Translations under genes and position numbers: made by a program
Notes under the pieces: generated by a model
Databases searched by the model: none
What the model was told of the DNA's origin: nothing
Seen by the model: only the letters and a program-made list of their open reading frames with translations
Part shown: piece after piece, positions 10,674-25,379 of the stretch
Numbering within the stretch: position 1 is the first letter of the stretch
Layout: every line of letters starts with the position of its first letter
Source: Eledone cirrhosa
Taxonomy: Eukaryota
Reading direction: 5' to 3'
Assembly (NCBI GenBank): GCA_964016885.1
Contig: OZ024740.1
Span: 20,894,001 to 20,958,000 of the forward strand
DNA length: 64,000 nt

Positions 10674-13330
10674 TTAATATAGATGAGATTCTACAGGACT
10701 AGAACTGTTTCATTCTTTAGAAATCATCAGGAATCTGGCTGTCCAAAAATAAATGTGTGGTATTTATATATTTTCAGGTGGTAGGAGATGGTGGGGGGTG
10801 GGATGGATGGAGGTCATTGATTGAAAGAAAAGGGAATTCATTAAAAGCTAATTCTTTAAGGCTATAATTTATATTTAGAGTGACAAAGGCAGAAAGAATT
10901 CTATAAACAAGTTCAGAATGGGGTGCCACTCCTTATTTTTAAGTTTCTCTTAAGCTAACAATGCCTATATTTCAGGTGTCTATAAGATGGTTGGGGGTCG
11001 GTCTTGCTGTGGTTACCTCGGATTCAACCCGGAATAACTTACCTTTTAGCACTCTTTGTTCCCCTTATAACCATCACCAAGAAACTATGCTGACCAAACT
11101 CAATGTCTCCATGAAGAACATCCGCATCCCTCCAAAGAAACTTTACCTAAAAACACTCATCAGACGTACCGACGAGTACATCAAGCGAATTAGAAGGAGA
11201 GCCTTCTTCCTCGACAATCCTGATGTAGCATCTACCAATGATGAGAAGTTCGGCTTCAAAACGAATAAGGCACCACCCACCAACAGCCTACTTGAACCAT
11301 TTGAAGAAGACCTCTTCAAGATTATCAAAGATATAAAATTCCGTAGAGCCACCACACCATTCCAGGCCTACTTAAATACTGAATTGCGGAATATAAAAAA
11401 ATCCTCTAATCTTCATGTCTCCTCCGATAAAACCAAAAACGTCTATGGGGTAGACCCACAGACCTACAATAAGCTGGCAAAAAATGCCACCACGACCACC
11501 CACAAAAAGGTAAAAGAGATGGCATTGACTGAGACAAACGCGGCTGGAAAAGAAATCGCCAATTCCCTTAAATTACATGACTGAACTGAACCTTTAAGGG
11601 TAAAGACCCCGCACTTTACCCTGAAGGACCATAAGGGAAACTTCCTCAACAAACCATCAGTCAGACTTATCAACCCCACTCGTTCGGACATCGGCTCTAT
11701 CAGTAAGAAGATTCTAGATAGAGTTTTACCATCATTGCGGGTTGTCTCACCACTCCCACTCTGGAGCAGAACATCTGAGGCAATACATTGGTTCCAAGAA
11801 TTACCCGATAAACACCACACTCGCTTCCTGCAACTCGACATAGAAAACTACTATGCTTCTATCTCGGAGCCTCTCATGAAGGACGCAATTACCTTTGCCA
11901 GGAATTTTACCACCATAACCGATGCTGAGCAAGATGTTATCCTCCATGCCCGTAAGACCTTCCTATACAACGATGGATCTTACTGGATCAACAAGAAGTC
12001 TCAGACGCCATTTGACGTCAGCATGGGAGCGAGTGACTCGGCTGAAATTAGCGACCTTGTGGGCCTGTACATTTTACATCACCTGAAGAACATCTTTACT
12101 TGCCTAACCGGAGGTTTATAACGAGACGACGGCCTCTTCGCCCTGCACAAGGTTAACCCCAGAACCACCGATGGGTTTCGGAGAAACTTAAGCTCGTTCT
12201 TCCGTAATCAAGGATTTAGTATAACTATAGAATCTAATATGACTAAGGCCAACTTTTTAGATGTCACTCTCGACCTAGATACTTCCTTCTATTACCCGTA
12301 CCACAAACCTAATGAGTCCCTTAGATATATTAATGTTAATTCTAACCACCCCAAAAATATCACTGATAACTTAGTAAAAAGCTCTCTATTAGAATCTCTG
12401 GCCTCTCTGCCAATCAAGATATTTTTAACGCCTCTGCCTCCTACTACAATGACGCCCTCGCCCGCAGCGGATTTAAAGAAAAGATAACCTACTTAGAAAC
12501 CACCGCAAGACTGCATAGGAGGAATAGGCATAGGCAGATTAGCTGGTACAACCCTCCCTTCAATAGAGAGGTCTCTACACCTATAGCTAGGATTTTCTTC
12601 ACTTTGCTGAACACACACTTCCCCATACAACATAGGTACTACACCATCTTTAATAAGAACACAATAAGACTCTCCTACTCCACCACACATAACCTAGCTA
12701 GGAATATAGCCAATCACAATTCTAAAAAATTAAATAAGCCAACCACCTCCGAACCCAATCCCCGGACTGGGGCCTTGTGTAATTGCCTAAATAAGGAAGC
12801 CTGCCCACTTGAAAACAAATGCCTCACAAATGATATCGTATACAAATGCGATGTCATCTCAGGCGCCGATGATTGCAACAGCAAAAATACTTACATCGGC
12901 ATGACTTCCAATAACTTTAAGACCCGGTGGTATGCCCATACCTACTCCTTCAGCAGACCGGACAAATCAAATCAGACAACACTCGCCTCCTATGTTTGGG
13001 ACTACAAAAGGAACTCCACTCCCTTCACGCTTAAATGGAAAATACTCCAGAAAGCGCACTCATACAACGGAGGACACAAGTGCTGCGACCTTTGTATCTC
13101 AGATAGCTACGAAATTTTATTCGCCAAGGGCTCGCTACTGAACAATCTCTCGGAAGACTGCCCGAACTGCATGCACAAAAACTTTGCAACTTACAAATTC
13201 CTTAAGCCAGTGTTAATGCCCGATGGCTAAAAAGGACTTCCCCTTTTTTTAACGCCAGCAGACAAAATAGCACCCCTACCTCCTTCCTACCCCACCCCTA
13301 CCCCTCCTCAACTTGAAACACGGCACTATG
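10670..13330 (+). mobile_element. Penelope-like element (RT + GIY-YIG endonuclease), decayed, preceded by an inverted pLTR
   Basis: ORF from ATG 11087 with 'SMKNIRIP', RT motifs 'LDIENYYASI', 'SMGASDSAEISDLVGL', 'GL*RDDG' and 'NFLDVTL', Cys linker 'CNCLNKEACPLENKC', and GIY-YIG 'IVYKC..YIGMT..FKTRW..H'. Stops at 11582 and 12119 and a frameshift near 12380. Region 10670-11000 is the reverse complement of 20165-20497. Confidence 0.9.
10686..10736 (-). ncRNA. Hammerhead-like motif in the Penelope pLTR
   Basis: Minus strand: AGAUUC | CUGAUGA | U-UUCU-AA-AGAA-U | GAAAC-AGUUCUA-GUC^ | CUGUA-GAAUCU. Confidence 0.65.
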
Positions 13331-13544
13331 GTTATGTAAGTACCTCTTACCTATCTGCATTTTCTGCTTGTAGAGCTGTTTTTATGTGCCTGTGTAAATG
13401 TGTATATTTATGAGTACATGTTTGTATGTATTTGTATGAGTGGCCGTTCGTTTATATGCATATCGCTGTGTGTACGTGCGTTCACATGTACCTGCATATG
13501 GACATGTTTGTGTATGTTTGCGTTTGTATATATATATATATCAT

Positions 13545-14807
<1,263 letters not shown>

Positions 14808-14984
14808 TCGTGTGTATATATATGTATATATGTATTCGTGTGTATATATATGTATGTATATGTATATATTTATGTATATATATGTATATGTATGTGTACG
14901 TGTATATATATATGTATGTATATGTATATATGTATGTATCTATATGTATATGTATGTGTACGTATATATATATATATATACAAC

Positions 14985-15545
14985 ATATCTCATGGTCGGG
15001 TCGTTGGCGACTAAACTAGCAACCCCACCAAGGTTTCTTGGTGAGGAGGGTGACTTTGGACATCCTGCAGGACTAAAAACAAAACCTGTCAAAGGGCAAA
15101 GGAGCTCTTAAGAGTCAATGGCCATCCAAAATCACCGGGAGAGATGACCCCTTAGCCTTTGTCAAGGAAGAATTCTAGGAGAAGGAAAACTCTGATATAA
15201 CACCTGCAACCCTTATGGTATCCAATGATGTTGACTTGTTCTTCTTTTTGGTAAATATCATCTTGGTTAAGAGAGTGGGACTGGCTTTGTGTAGTGCCTT
15301 TGCTCACTATAAAAGCTTCAGGGCACAGGCATTGCTTTATAACTGGAGATCTCTCTGCACTTGTCGTCACATGGTACCATGGGCCTGGCACTGTGTCAAT
15401 AATCGTCACAAGTGTAGTGTTTGTACCAGAGTTTCCAAGTCGCTGGCTGGACTAAAAAGTCACACTCGTTCGGCGCATCGGTAGGGGTTCTCCTACATGG
15501 ATGTAAAGTAGTGGCCGTACTCGAAAACGAGTTGGCAGCCACCAT
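14985..15545 (+). mobile_element. Non-autonomous bipartite RTE derivative (5' UTR + zinc-finger 3' end)
   Basis: RTE 5' UTR motif 'tctaggagaaggaaaactctgat', terminal '[23 protein letters not shown]', 3' stem-loop 'tggccgtactcgaaaacgagttggcagcca' and (ATGT)n tail. Confidence 0.75.
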
Positions 15546-15828
15546 GTATATGTATACGTATATATGTATATATGTATATATATGTGTATATTTATGTATA
15601 TATACATATATGTATAATTATATATATATATGTGTATGTATATATGTATGTGTATATATGTGTATGTGTATGTGTATATATATATAAATGTATATATGTG
15701 TATATATATATATGTGTATATTTGTATGTATGTATATGTATATGTATATATGTATATATATATATATGTATACGTGTATGTCTGTGTGTGTGTATGTGGA
15801 CCCCACAAAATACCCCACAAAATACATG

Positions 15829-15903
<75 letters not shown>

Positions 15904-16029
15904 GTATCGGTTTACCGAACATTTATTATAATGCTCGGTTTGTTTGTTTGTAAACAAACAAACAGCCCGAATTACGCCGTACAGTGTTTAGGCGATTAAG
16001 TCACCATTTTGTTCAACACTGACACAGGA

Positions 16030-16071
16030 ACGATGTACTAGTTTCAAACTTATTAACTATCGTCAGCATCA
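16030..16071 (-). ncRNA. Minimal type I hammerhead (antisense copy)
   Basis: Minus strand: GAUG-CUGACGA-UAGUUAAUAAGUUU-GAAA-CUAG-UA^-CAUCG. Stem II is weakened by two substitutions. Confidence 0.7.
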
Positions 16072-16385
16072 TTTACCTTCCTGCCAAACAAACAAACCGA
16101 GCATTATAATAAATGTTTGTAAACCGATACGTGCATATATATATGTGTGCATGTATGTATATATATACATACTACTGTACGTCTGTATACATATATGTAT
16201 GTATACATACATACATACTTACATTTAAGTAAGTGCCGTACGAAGAGTGAGAAATGAAATTTCGTTTCATTCTATTCCACCCGGCCGACTGAACTCACTC
16301 GATATGCAAATTAGGCTGCTCAGCCGTTAATATGCATAAGGAAAGTATATACTTTCAGACGTTCAACCATCTGGCAGGAAAATAT

Positions 16386-16428
16386 ACGATGCTGACGATA
16401 GCTAATAAGCTTGAAACTAGTACATCGT
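16386..16428 (+). ncRNA. Minimal type I hammerhead ribozyme with palindromic stem III
   Basis: ACGAUG | CUGACGA | U-AGCU-AAUA-AGCU-U | GAAA-CUAG-UA^ | CAUCGU. 6-bp stem I, intact core and palindromic CUAG, as described for Penelope minimal hammerheads. Confidence 0.88.
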
Positions 16429-16928
16429 TCCTGTGTCAGTGTTGAACAAAAAGGTGACGTGGTTGCCTAAACACTGTACGGCGTAATTCGGGCTGTTTGT
16501 TTGTTTACAAACAAACAAACCGAGCATTATAATAAATGTTCGGTAAACCGATACGTGCATATATATATATATGTGCATGTATGTATATATATACATACTA
16601 CTGTACGTCTGTATACATATATGTATGTACGTATACATACATACATACTTACATTTAAGTAAGTGCCGTACTAAGAGTGAGAAATGAAATTTCGTTTCAT
16701 TCTATTCCATTTATATATATATAAATATATATACATATATACGATATTAAATAAATGGAAACTATATTTATAAAACCATATTTATTTCATTATATATATT
16801 TCAGGGATATCATATTAACAATATGCTATGCCTTCCTCAGACAAAATACAATGCAGATAAAATGCTTTTATATCAGTTATAAATATTTACTCGTTGTAAC
16901 CCAACAATTTAAATATAACTTTCCATGT

Positions 16929-16999
<71 letters not shown>

Positions 17000-17001
<2 letters not shown>

Positions 17002-18082
17002 AGATAGAAAAATGCGTACAGCAAAAAAAAGTAATATCGTTGGAATATAAACCTTTAAAAATACAGGACAAGAAACTAAAATAAAACTTTAAAAGAATAG
17101 GACAAGGAACTAAGATAAAACTTTAAAAGAATAGGACAAGAAACTAAGATAAAACTTTAAAGAATTGGACAAGAAATAAAAAATTTTACCATAATATTAG
17201 TGGCAAAATTTTTATAGGTAAAAATCGAGTTCCACATTCATAGGCTCTGGGTTCCACATTCAGAGGTCATCGTCAGACCGGGGGATCATTTCATCCTGGT
17301 TTGAACACCAATTGAGCCATAACCATACCCCTATTTCATCATTCGGCGACACGCCTCATGTGTCATGCATAATGTGAATGGACCCATGGGCCCATGAGCA
17401 CAGATCTTGAGCAGCAGCGGACGGTCTTGTCGTCCCGCTCATCCTTGATCTTGACCAACCCATCCATCTTCTCCTTGCAGGTTGTCCTTGAGTTCAAGTC
17501 CGGTAGTCCAGATGAATGCGTGCCACAGCTTTCTGGTACAGGAAGGGAGGACTGGAGGGAAGACGGGACAGAGGGAGGGAGGACCGGTGGTTGAGGGAGG
17601 TGCCGTAGTCGGTGGTCAGAGTCGACATCTTGTCCCGGCCGTCTTCTCCATCTTCGTCTGGTGTTGCGGGACCAGAAGTGCATTCTTGGAGGAGACCTTA
17701 AGCTACATCGGCCAATTCTTCTTGCACTGGTCATTCTGACGGAGCAGAACTGCTCAGCCAACCAACCCCAACCAGAACCAACCGCTCAGGGGCAACGCAC
17801 AATGAGAGCATGACAATTATTATGCACTAATCAAGAAGATACTGGGGCATAGCACAGGAAACGAATAAAAAAATTTTGCCAATAATATTATTGTAAAATT
17901 TTTTATTTCTTGTCCAATTCTTTAAAGTTTTATCTTAGTTTCTTGTCCTATTCTTTTAAAGTTTTATCTTAGTTCCTTGTCCTATTCTTTTAAAGTTTTA
18001 TTTTAGTTTCTTGTCCTGTATTCTTAAAGTTTATATTCCAACAATATTACTTTTTTTTGCTGTACGCATTTTTCTGTCTGGT
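17000..18082. mobile_element. Fold-back element: ~215-bp TIRs containing 34-bp tandem subrepeats around a ~650-bp GC-richer core
   Basis: Arms 17000-17212 and 17868-18082 are near-perfect reverse complements; unit TAAGATAAAACTTTAAAAGAATAGGACAAGAAAC occurs ~4 times per arm. Confidence 0.8.
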
Positions 18083-18507
18083 CTACTATTTTTTAAGGCA
18101 ATGCAAGCAACAACTATCTAATAATTAAATGATCATAGTGAATTACTGACAAGTGATTGACATTTTAAAGTTCTTTTGAGTATAATTGCAATCTAGTTGA
18201 GGCAACTGGCTTAATGACAAAGCTAGTAAATCATGAATGCATTTGAGACGATTAGAGCATAATAGCGTCATTTCTGGATTACCTCCCCTAGCGTCACGCT
18301 TACTACTCACTCACTTGAACACAAGATTTATCAGCAAACTTTGATTATAAACTTTTTCCCGCTGGACCAAATTTCTAGATTTTTAAGCCAAAAGATGCGT
18401 AATGATCTACTGTTCATGCTCATATAAGTTTTATCTCAGTTAAATAAAGTAGAGCCGCGCTGTACTGTCGTAAACAGACGATTAACAACGAAAACACGAC
18501 CACAACA

Positions 18508-19993
<1,486 letters not shown>

Positions 19994-20049
19994 TGTCTGT
20001 TGACACCTGGAATATAGCTTAACAGAAATATGACAATAATGATATGATA

Positions 20050-20568
20050 GGCACCCAATATTTTGAACTGGTTTATAGAATTCTCTTGGGCTTTTTTACT
20101 CTAAGTAGAGCTTTAAAGGATTAGCTTTTAAAGAATTTCCCTTTTCTTTAAACCCATCAACCATGACCGACCCCCCAACCACCTTATAGACACCTGAAAT
20201 ATAGGCATTGTTAGCTTAAGAGAAACTTAAAAATAAGGAGTGGCACCCCATTCTGAACTTGTTTATAGAATTATTTCTGCCTTTGTCACTCTAAATATAA
20301 ATTGTAGCCTTAAAGAATTTGCTTTTAATAAATTCCCTTCTCTTTCAACCAATGACGTCCACCCATCCCACCCCCCACCATCTCCTACCACCTGAAAAGA
20401 TATAAATACCACAACATTTATTTTGGACAGCCAGATTCCTGGTGATTTCTAAAGAATGAAATAGTTCTAGTCCTGTAGAATCTCATCTATATTTAAACTT
20501 TTATACTCTACTATGTATTGAGTACCTTACTTACTGTAGTTACCTCCGATTCAACCCGGAATAACTTA

Positions 20569-20570
<2 letters not shown>
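20050..20570 (+). mobile_element. Solo Penelope pLTR fragment (same family as 10670-13330) with mutated hammerhead core CUGGUGA
   Basis: Near identity to the reverse complement of 10670-11000 and to 11010-11043 ('gttacctc.gattcaacccggaataacttacc'). Confidence 0.8.
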
Positions 20571-20610
<40 letters not shown>

Positions 20611-20611
<1 letters not shown>

Positions 20612-20809
20612 GTAGGTCCCGGGTTGAGTCGGGGATAACCACAGTAAGTAAGGTACTCAATACATGGCAGAGTAAAATTTTTTTACTTTATAGAAGGAGC
20701 TTCTACAGGACTAGTACTGTTTCATTCAGATGAAATCTTCAGGAGCTTCCTGAAGATTTCATCTGAATGAAACAGTACTAGTCCTGTAGAAGCTCCTTCT
20801 ATAAAATAA

Positions 20810-20812
<3 letters not shown>
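20611..20812. mobile_element. Related pLTR fragment ending in a near-perfect palindrome of two hammerhead motifs
   Basis: Palindrome 20687-20805. The + arm reads GGAGCUUC-CUGAAGA-U-UUCA-UC-UGAA-U-GAAAC-AGUACUA-GUC^-CUGUA-GAAGCUCC. Confidence 0.75.
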
Positions 20813-20843
<31 letters not shown>

Positions 20844-20869
20844 ATGTAGGAAAGTAACACACGAGTTGA

Positions 20870-21058
20870 TATATATATAAAAACAAATAGAAAGGAAAAA
20901 GATTTTTTCAGTAGAAAATGTTGAAGAGATGTTTTTTAGTGAAGTTTCAAATCATTAATTGTAAATAAATTAATGCTTTGAAATTTCAGTAAAAAAGTCT
21001 CTTCAACATTTTCTACTGAAAAAATATTTTTCCTTTCTACTGTTTGTTTATATATATA
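20870..21058. repeat. AT-rich fold-back inverted repeat (~90-bp arms) between TA tracts
   Basis: 'agaaaggaaaaa..ttcagtagaaaatgttgaagaga' pairs with 'tctcttcaacattttctactgaa..tttcctttct'. Confidence 0.8.
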
Positions 21059-21124
21059 TCTTTGAGGTGACTTTTTCATGTTAATTTATCTCACACACAC
21101 ACATATATATATATATATATACGT

Positions 21125-21640
21125 AGGTTAGGCATCTTTCAACAAGAACAAGGAAGTACTAACATCAAAGGAGTTTCCTATCCTTTGAAGGCTAAGATAT
21201 TCGATACTGACATGCTACCAGTTGTGTTATATGATCGTGACTGTGTTAATTAGACGACAAGGTCACTTCAGAAGCTCTCTACTTTCCACAACCACATCAT
21301 GTGACTTATGACTGGCAAGCGGCTTGGCTACCGTATCTGTATCAGTGAGCTGCTCAACATTACCAAACTGAAACCAATTACATCAATTGTCAAGTCAAGA
21401 GTATTCAAAGTATACAGTCATATAAAAAGATCAACTCGTGGTGTGAGTAGGTTATGCCTGGAAGGAAGGTTGGCTGGTAAGAGAAGTAGAGGCCGGTAGC
21501 CAAAAGGATGGCTTGATAATGTCAATATTTCGACTGGTCTTGACCTTTGTTCTTTAAACTCTGCTGTTGGTGATCGAATTTTGTAGAGAAAAATATCTCA
21601 TGCTGATGCGTAGTCTGCAACTGGCGTAGTTGTAAGTAGT
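21125..21640 (+). mobile_element. Degraded RTE-like LINE 3' fragment
   Basis: 'SHIKRSTRGVSRLCLEGRLAGKRSRGR*PKGW', with stops and frameshifts. Confidence 0.6.
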
Positions 21641-21692
21641 ATATATATATATAAAGTACAGAACAATCAAAACTATGTTTAATGCATTTTAT

Positions 21693-21739
21693 TACTGACA
21701 ATCGTTTCTTCCAAACAGCCGTTTGGATTCATCGGAGCA
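21693..21739 (-). ncRNA. Type I hammerhead (U4C core variant) within a fold-back spanning 21653-21802
   Basis: Minus strand: UGCU | CCGAUGA | A-UCCAAAC-GGCU-GUUUGGA-A | GAAAC-GAUU-GUC^ | AGUA. Confidence 0.72.
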
Positions 21740-21941
21740 TTGGCAAACGATTGTCAACAATAAAATGTATTAAACATAGTTTTGATTGTTCTGTACTGTA
21801 TATTCCTGCTCTGTAAGACATCTGATGTATTTACATTGAGCTGTTTTTCATACTGGTAATAAGGTGGTAAAAAATAAAAAAATACTGACCATTCCTGTTT
21901 ATAATTATATATAGTTTATATATAAGTATAAATAACATTTT

Positions 21942-21973
<32 letters not shown>

Positions 21974-22028
21974 CTGTGTGTGTATGTATAAATAGCTCAT
22001 ATCTATATATCATATCTATTTTTTAAAG

Positions 22029-22921
22029 GAACAAATCATCACTGTGAGCATGAAAGTGTCAATGGCGGAACGTCAAGGCTATCTCGAGCGGAAGCAACGG
22101 GCGTCGAGTAGGCTTGAAGCTATTAACGCTATGAACAGGCTGGATGATATCATAGAGAGGAGAGTATCGGAGCTAAGTATGGCCAATTCAGATGGATCCT
22201 ACGAAGTACTGCCGGCTACGACCATAAACATTTCGAAAGAAGCTACGGAAACACACGATGAGATTTCGTCATCTAGACGAAGTTCACTCGATTCCGCCGA
22301 TGAGAACAACTACAATACTGTCCACTCTACATTCTCCACCACTACTATAATTCCCTATGATGATAATAGGTCAGACTTGCAGCTGGATCACGTCAACCCC
22401 TCCTTCGTTCCTGATGACAATGTGGACAGCTACATTACGGGATCGGACGGTGGCGTTCAGCAAGTTGATCATGGTGATGATGATAGTGATGATGATGATG
22501 TTAATATATGTAGTGGAAATTACGAAAACTTACGAGCATCTCCGATTTTTCAGAAGAAGTTAAAAAAGAAATCCGTTTACATCAACGAAGTATCCGATGA
22601 AAACACTCCTGCCACTACTACCACCAACAACACCACTACAACAGATACTACTAATACTACTAATATTACTACTACTACAGATACAGATTGTGATTCCAAT
22701 AATATCATTACGCCGATGGGCAAAAAACGACGTTTCAGCGGTGTTGCTGAAAAAGACGTTGAAACAATGGGTCCCGGTGTTGCACCTCATAAAGTTCACT
22801 TTGATATTTCGGCCGATCAGCGACGGAGACCCTCAACAGCCGAGAGGTTGGTGCTGGAATTTAGAAGAATCAGTCGTCGTCTCAGCGTTCCCGAGTTTGT
22901 TTTCAGGAACATTTTCGGAAA
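22029..22921 (+). CDS. Large internal exon C encoding the hydrophilic central cytoplasmic loop of the transporter
   Basis: ttttttaaag acceptor, open frame (ORF 22044-22925) and GGA AA|gtgagt donor; 893 nt, phase 0 to 2, compatible with exons B and D. Confidence 0.8.
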
Positions 22922-23023
22922 GTGAGTAATAGTTCTTGTTGCATTCTTTTAGTTTTCTAGCATTGTTAATGTTGCTTTTTCCTAACAAGCCTCCATATAG
23001 TTCAAAATATTCATACTAGTAGC

Positions 23024-23345
23024 ACATGTCTTATACTATAACTTACACCATGTATAAACTAATATCCAGCCACATGTCTTATGCTATAACCTACACCATG
23101 TATAAACGAATATCCAGCTACATCTCTTATACTATAACTTACACCATGTATAAACTAATATCCAGCCACATGTCTTTAACTATAACCTACACCATGTATA
23201 AACTAATATCCAGCCACATGTCTCATACTATAACTTGCACCAGGTATACACTAATATCCAGCTACATGTCTTATGCTATAACCTACACCAGGTATACACT
23301 AATATCCAGCTACATGTCTTATGCTATAGCGTACACCATGTATCC
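23024..23345. repeat. 48-bp minisatellite (~6.5 copies)
   Basis: Unit ACATGTCTTATGCTATAACCTACACCATGTATAAACTAATATCCAGCC. Confidence 0.9.
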
Positions 23346-23414
23346 ACTAAATACCGGTCATCCAGCCACCCGCTATAATTTACACACTACACCATGTATA
23401 TACTAGGCTAACTC

Positions 23415-23825
23415 TAGACAACTATAACGTAAACACCTATAACGTAGACACTTATAACGTAGACAGTTATAACGTAGACACCTATAACGTAGACAGTTAT
23501 AACGTAGACACCTCCAACGTAGACAGTTATAACGTAGACAACTATAACGTAGACAGTTATAACGTAGACACCTATAACATAGACAACTATAACGTAGACA
23601 GTTATAACGTAGACAACTATAACGTAGACACCTATAGGTAGACAACTATAACGTAGAGAGTTATAACGTAGACAACTATAACGTAAAGAGTTATAACGGA
23701 GACAACTATAACGTAGACAGTTATAACGTACACACCTATAAGGTAGACAGTTATAACGTAGACAGTTATAACGTAGACAACTATAACGTAGAGAGTTATA
23801 ACGTAGACACCTATAAGGTAGACGC
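23415..23825. repeat. 15-bp minisatellite TATAACGTAGACA(GT/AC/CC)
   Basis: About 27 tandem copies. Confidence 0.9.
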
Positions 23826-23910
23826 TACTATCATACACACACAAGTTCTTACATACACAGATACATACATACATTATTCAAGTTATGTTACATAATACAT
23901 AAGATAAGGT

Positions 23911-23912
<2 letters not shown>

Positions 23913-23961
<49 letters not shown>

Positions 23962-24012
23962 CGCTGTTGTTGTTGTTGTTGTTGTTGTTGCTGTTGTTGA
24001 TGTGGTTGTTGA

Positions 24013-24090
<78 letters not shown>

Positions 24091-24205
24091 CCTGTTGTTG
24101 TTGTTGTTGATGTTGTAAATATGAAGTCATACATACGTGTAAGTCATACATACATGTAAGTCATACATACATGTAAGTCATACATACATGTAAGTCATAC
24201 ATACA
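23913..24205. repeat. (GTT)n microsatellite followed by a 17-bp repeat TAAGTCATACATACATG
   Basis: Directly visible. Confidence 0.9.
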
Positions 24206-24283
24206 TGCAAACATATATAAATATGTGCATTCATACATACATACATACATGCATATATGCATACATACGTATATACATACATA

Positions 24284-25208
24284 CATGGTGGCTGCCAACT
24301 CGTTTTCGAGTACGGCCACTATTTTATATCCATGTAGGAAAACTCCTACCGATGCGCTGAACGAGTGTGACTTTTTAGTCCAGCCAGCGACTTGAAAACT
24401 CTGGTACAAACACTACACTTGTGACAATTATTGACACATAGTGCTGGGCCCATGGTACCATGTGATGACAAGTGCAGAGAGATCTCCAGTTATAAAGCAA
24501 TACCAGTGCCGTGAAGCTTTTATAGTGAGCAAAGGCACTGCACAAAGCCAGTCCCACTCTCTTAACCAAGATGATATTTACCAAAAAGAAGAACAAGTCA
24601 ACATCATTGGATACAATCAGGGTTGCAGGTGTTATATCAGTTTTCCTTCTAGAATTCTACGTGCATACATACATATATGCATACATACAAACATCGTGGC
24701 TGCCGACTCGTGTTCGAGTACGGCCACTACTCAATATATCCATGTAGGAGAACCCCTACCGATGCGCTGAACAAGTGTGACTTTTTAGTCCAGCCAGCGA
24801 CTTGAAAACTCTGGTACAAACACTACACCTGTGACAATTATTGACACATAGTGCTGAGCCCATGGTACCATGTGACGACAAGTGCAGAGAGATCTCCAGA
24901 TATAAAGCAATGCCTGTGCCGTGAAGCTTTTATAGTGAGCAAAGGCACTGCACAAAGCCAGTCCCACTCTCTTAACCAAGATGATATTTACCAAAAAGAA
25001 GAACAAGTCAACATCATTGGATACCATCAGAGTTGCAGGTATTATACCAGAGTTTTCCTTCTCCTAGAATTCTGCCTTGGCAAAGGCTAAGGGTCATCTC
25101 TCCCGTTGATTTTGGATGGCCATTGACTCTTAAGAGCTCCTTTGCCCTTTGACAGGTTTTGTTTTTAGTCCTGCAGGATGTCCAAAGTCACCCTCCTCAC
25201 CAAGAAAC
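24284..25208 (-). mobile_element. Two tandem copies of the bipartite non-autonomous RTE (24284-24657, 24693-25208)
   Basis: Reverse complements of parts of 14985-15545, each with an (ATGT)n tail. Confidence 0.85.
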
Positions 25209-25379
25209 ATACATACATACAGACATACATACATACGTACATACATACATACATATATACATAGTACATACATACATACATACATATATACATACATACA
25301 TACATATATATACATACATACATACATACATATATATACATACATACATACATACATATATACATACATACATACATAT

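Larger units (their letters stand above)
15897..16710. mobile_element. Non-coding Penelope-pLTR/retrozyme-like unit: one inverted copy plus a partial tandem of a ~424-bp unit
   Basis: 15897-16087 is the reverse complement of ~16372-16562; 16086-16279 repeats at 16509-16709; flanked by (TA)n; carries hammerheads. Confidence 0.75.

Noticed and set aside
11582-11584. In-frame TGA in the Penelope ORF as selenocysteine (as in Naiad PLEs)
   Set aside because: It fits CGA>TGA decay, and the ORF also has a TAA in the 'GLYRDDG' motif and a frameshift, so this is a dead copy.
23910-24134. Poly-Q / poly-N / poly-L ORFs
   Set aside because: A (GTT)n microsatellite with no splice context.
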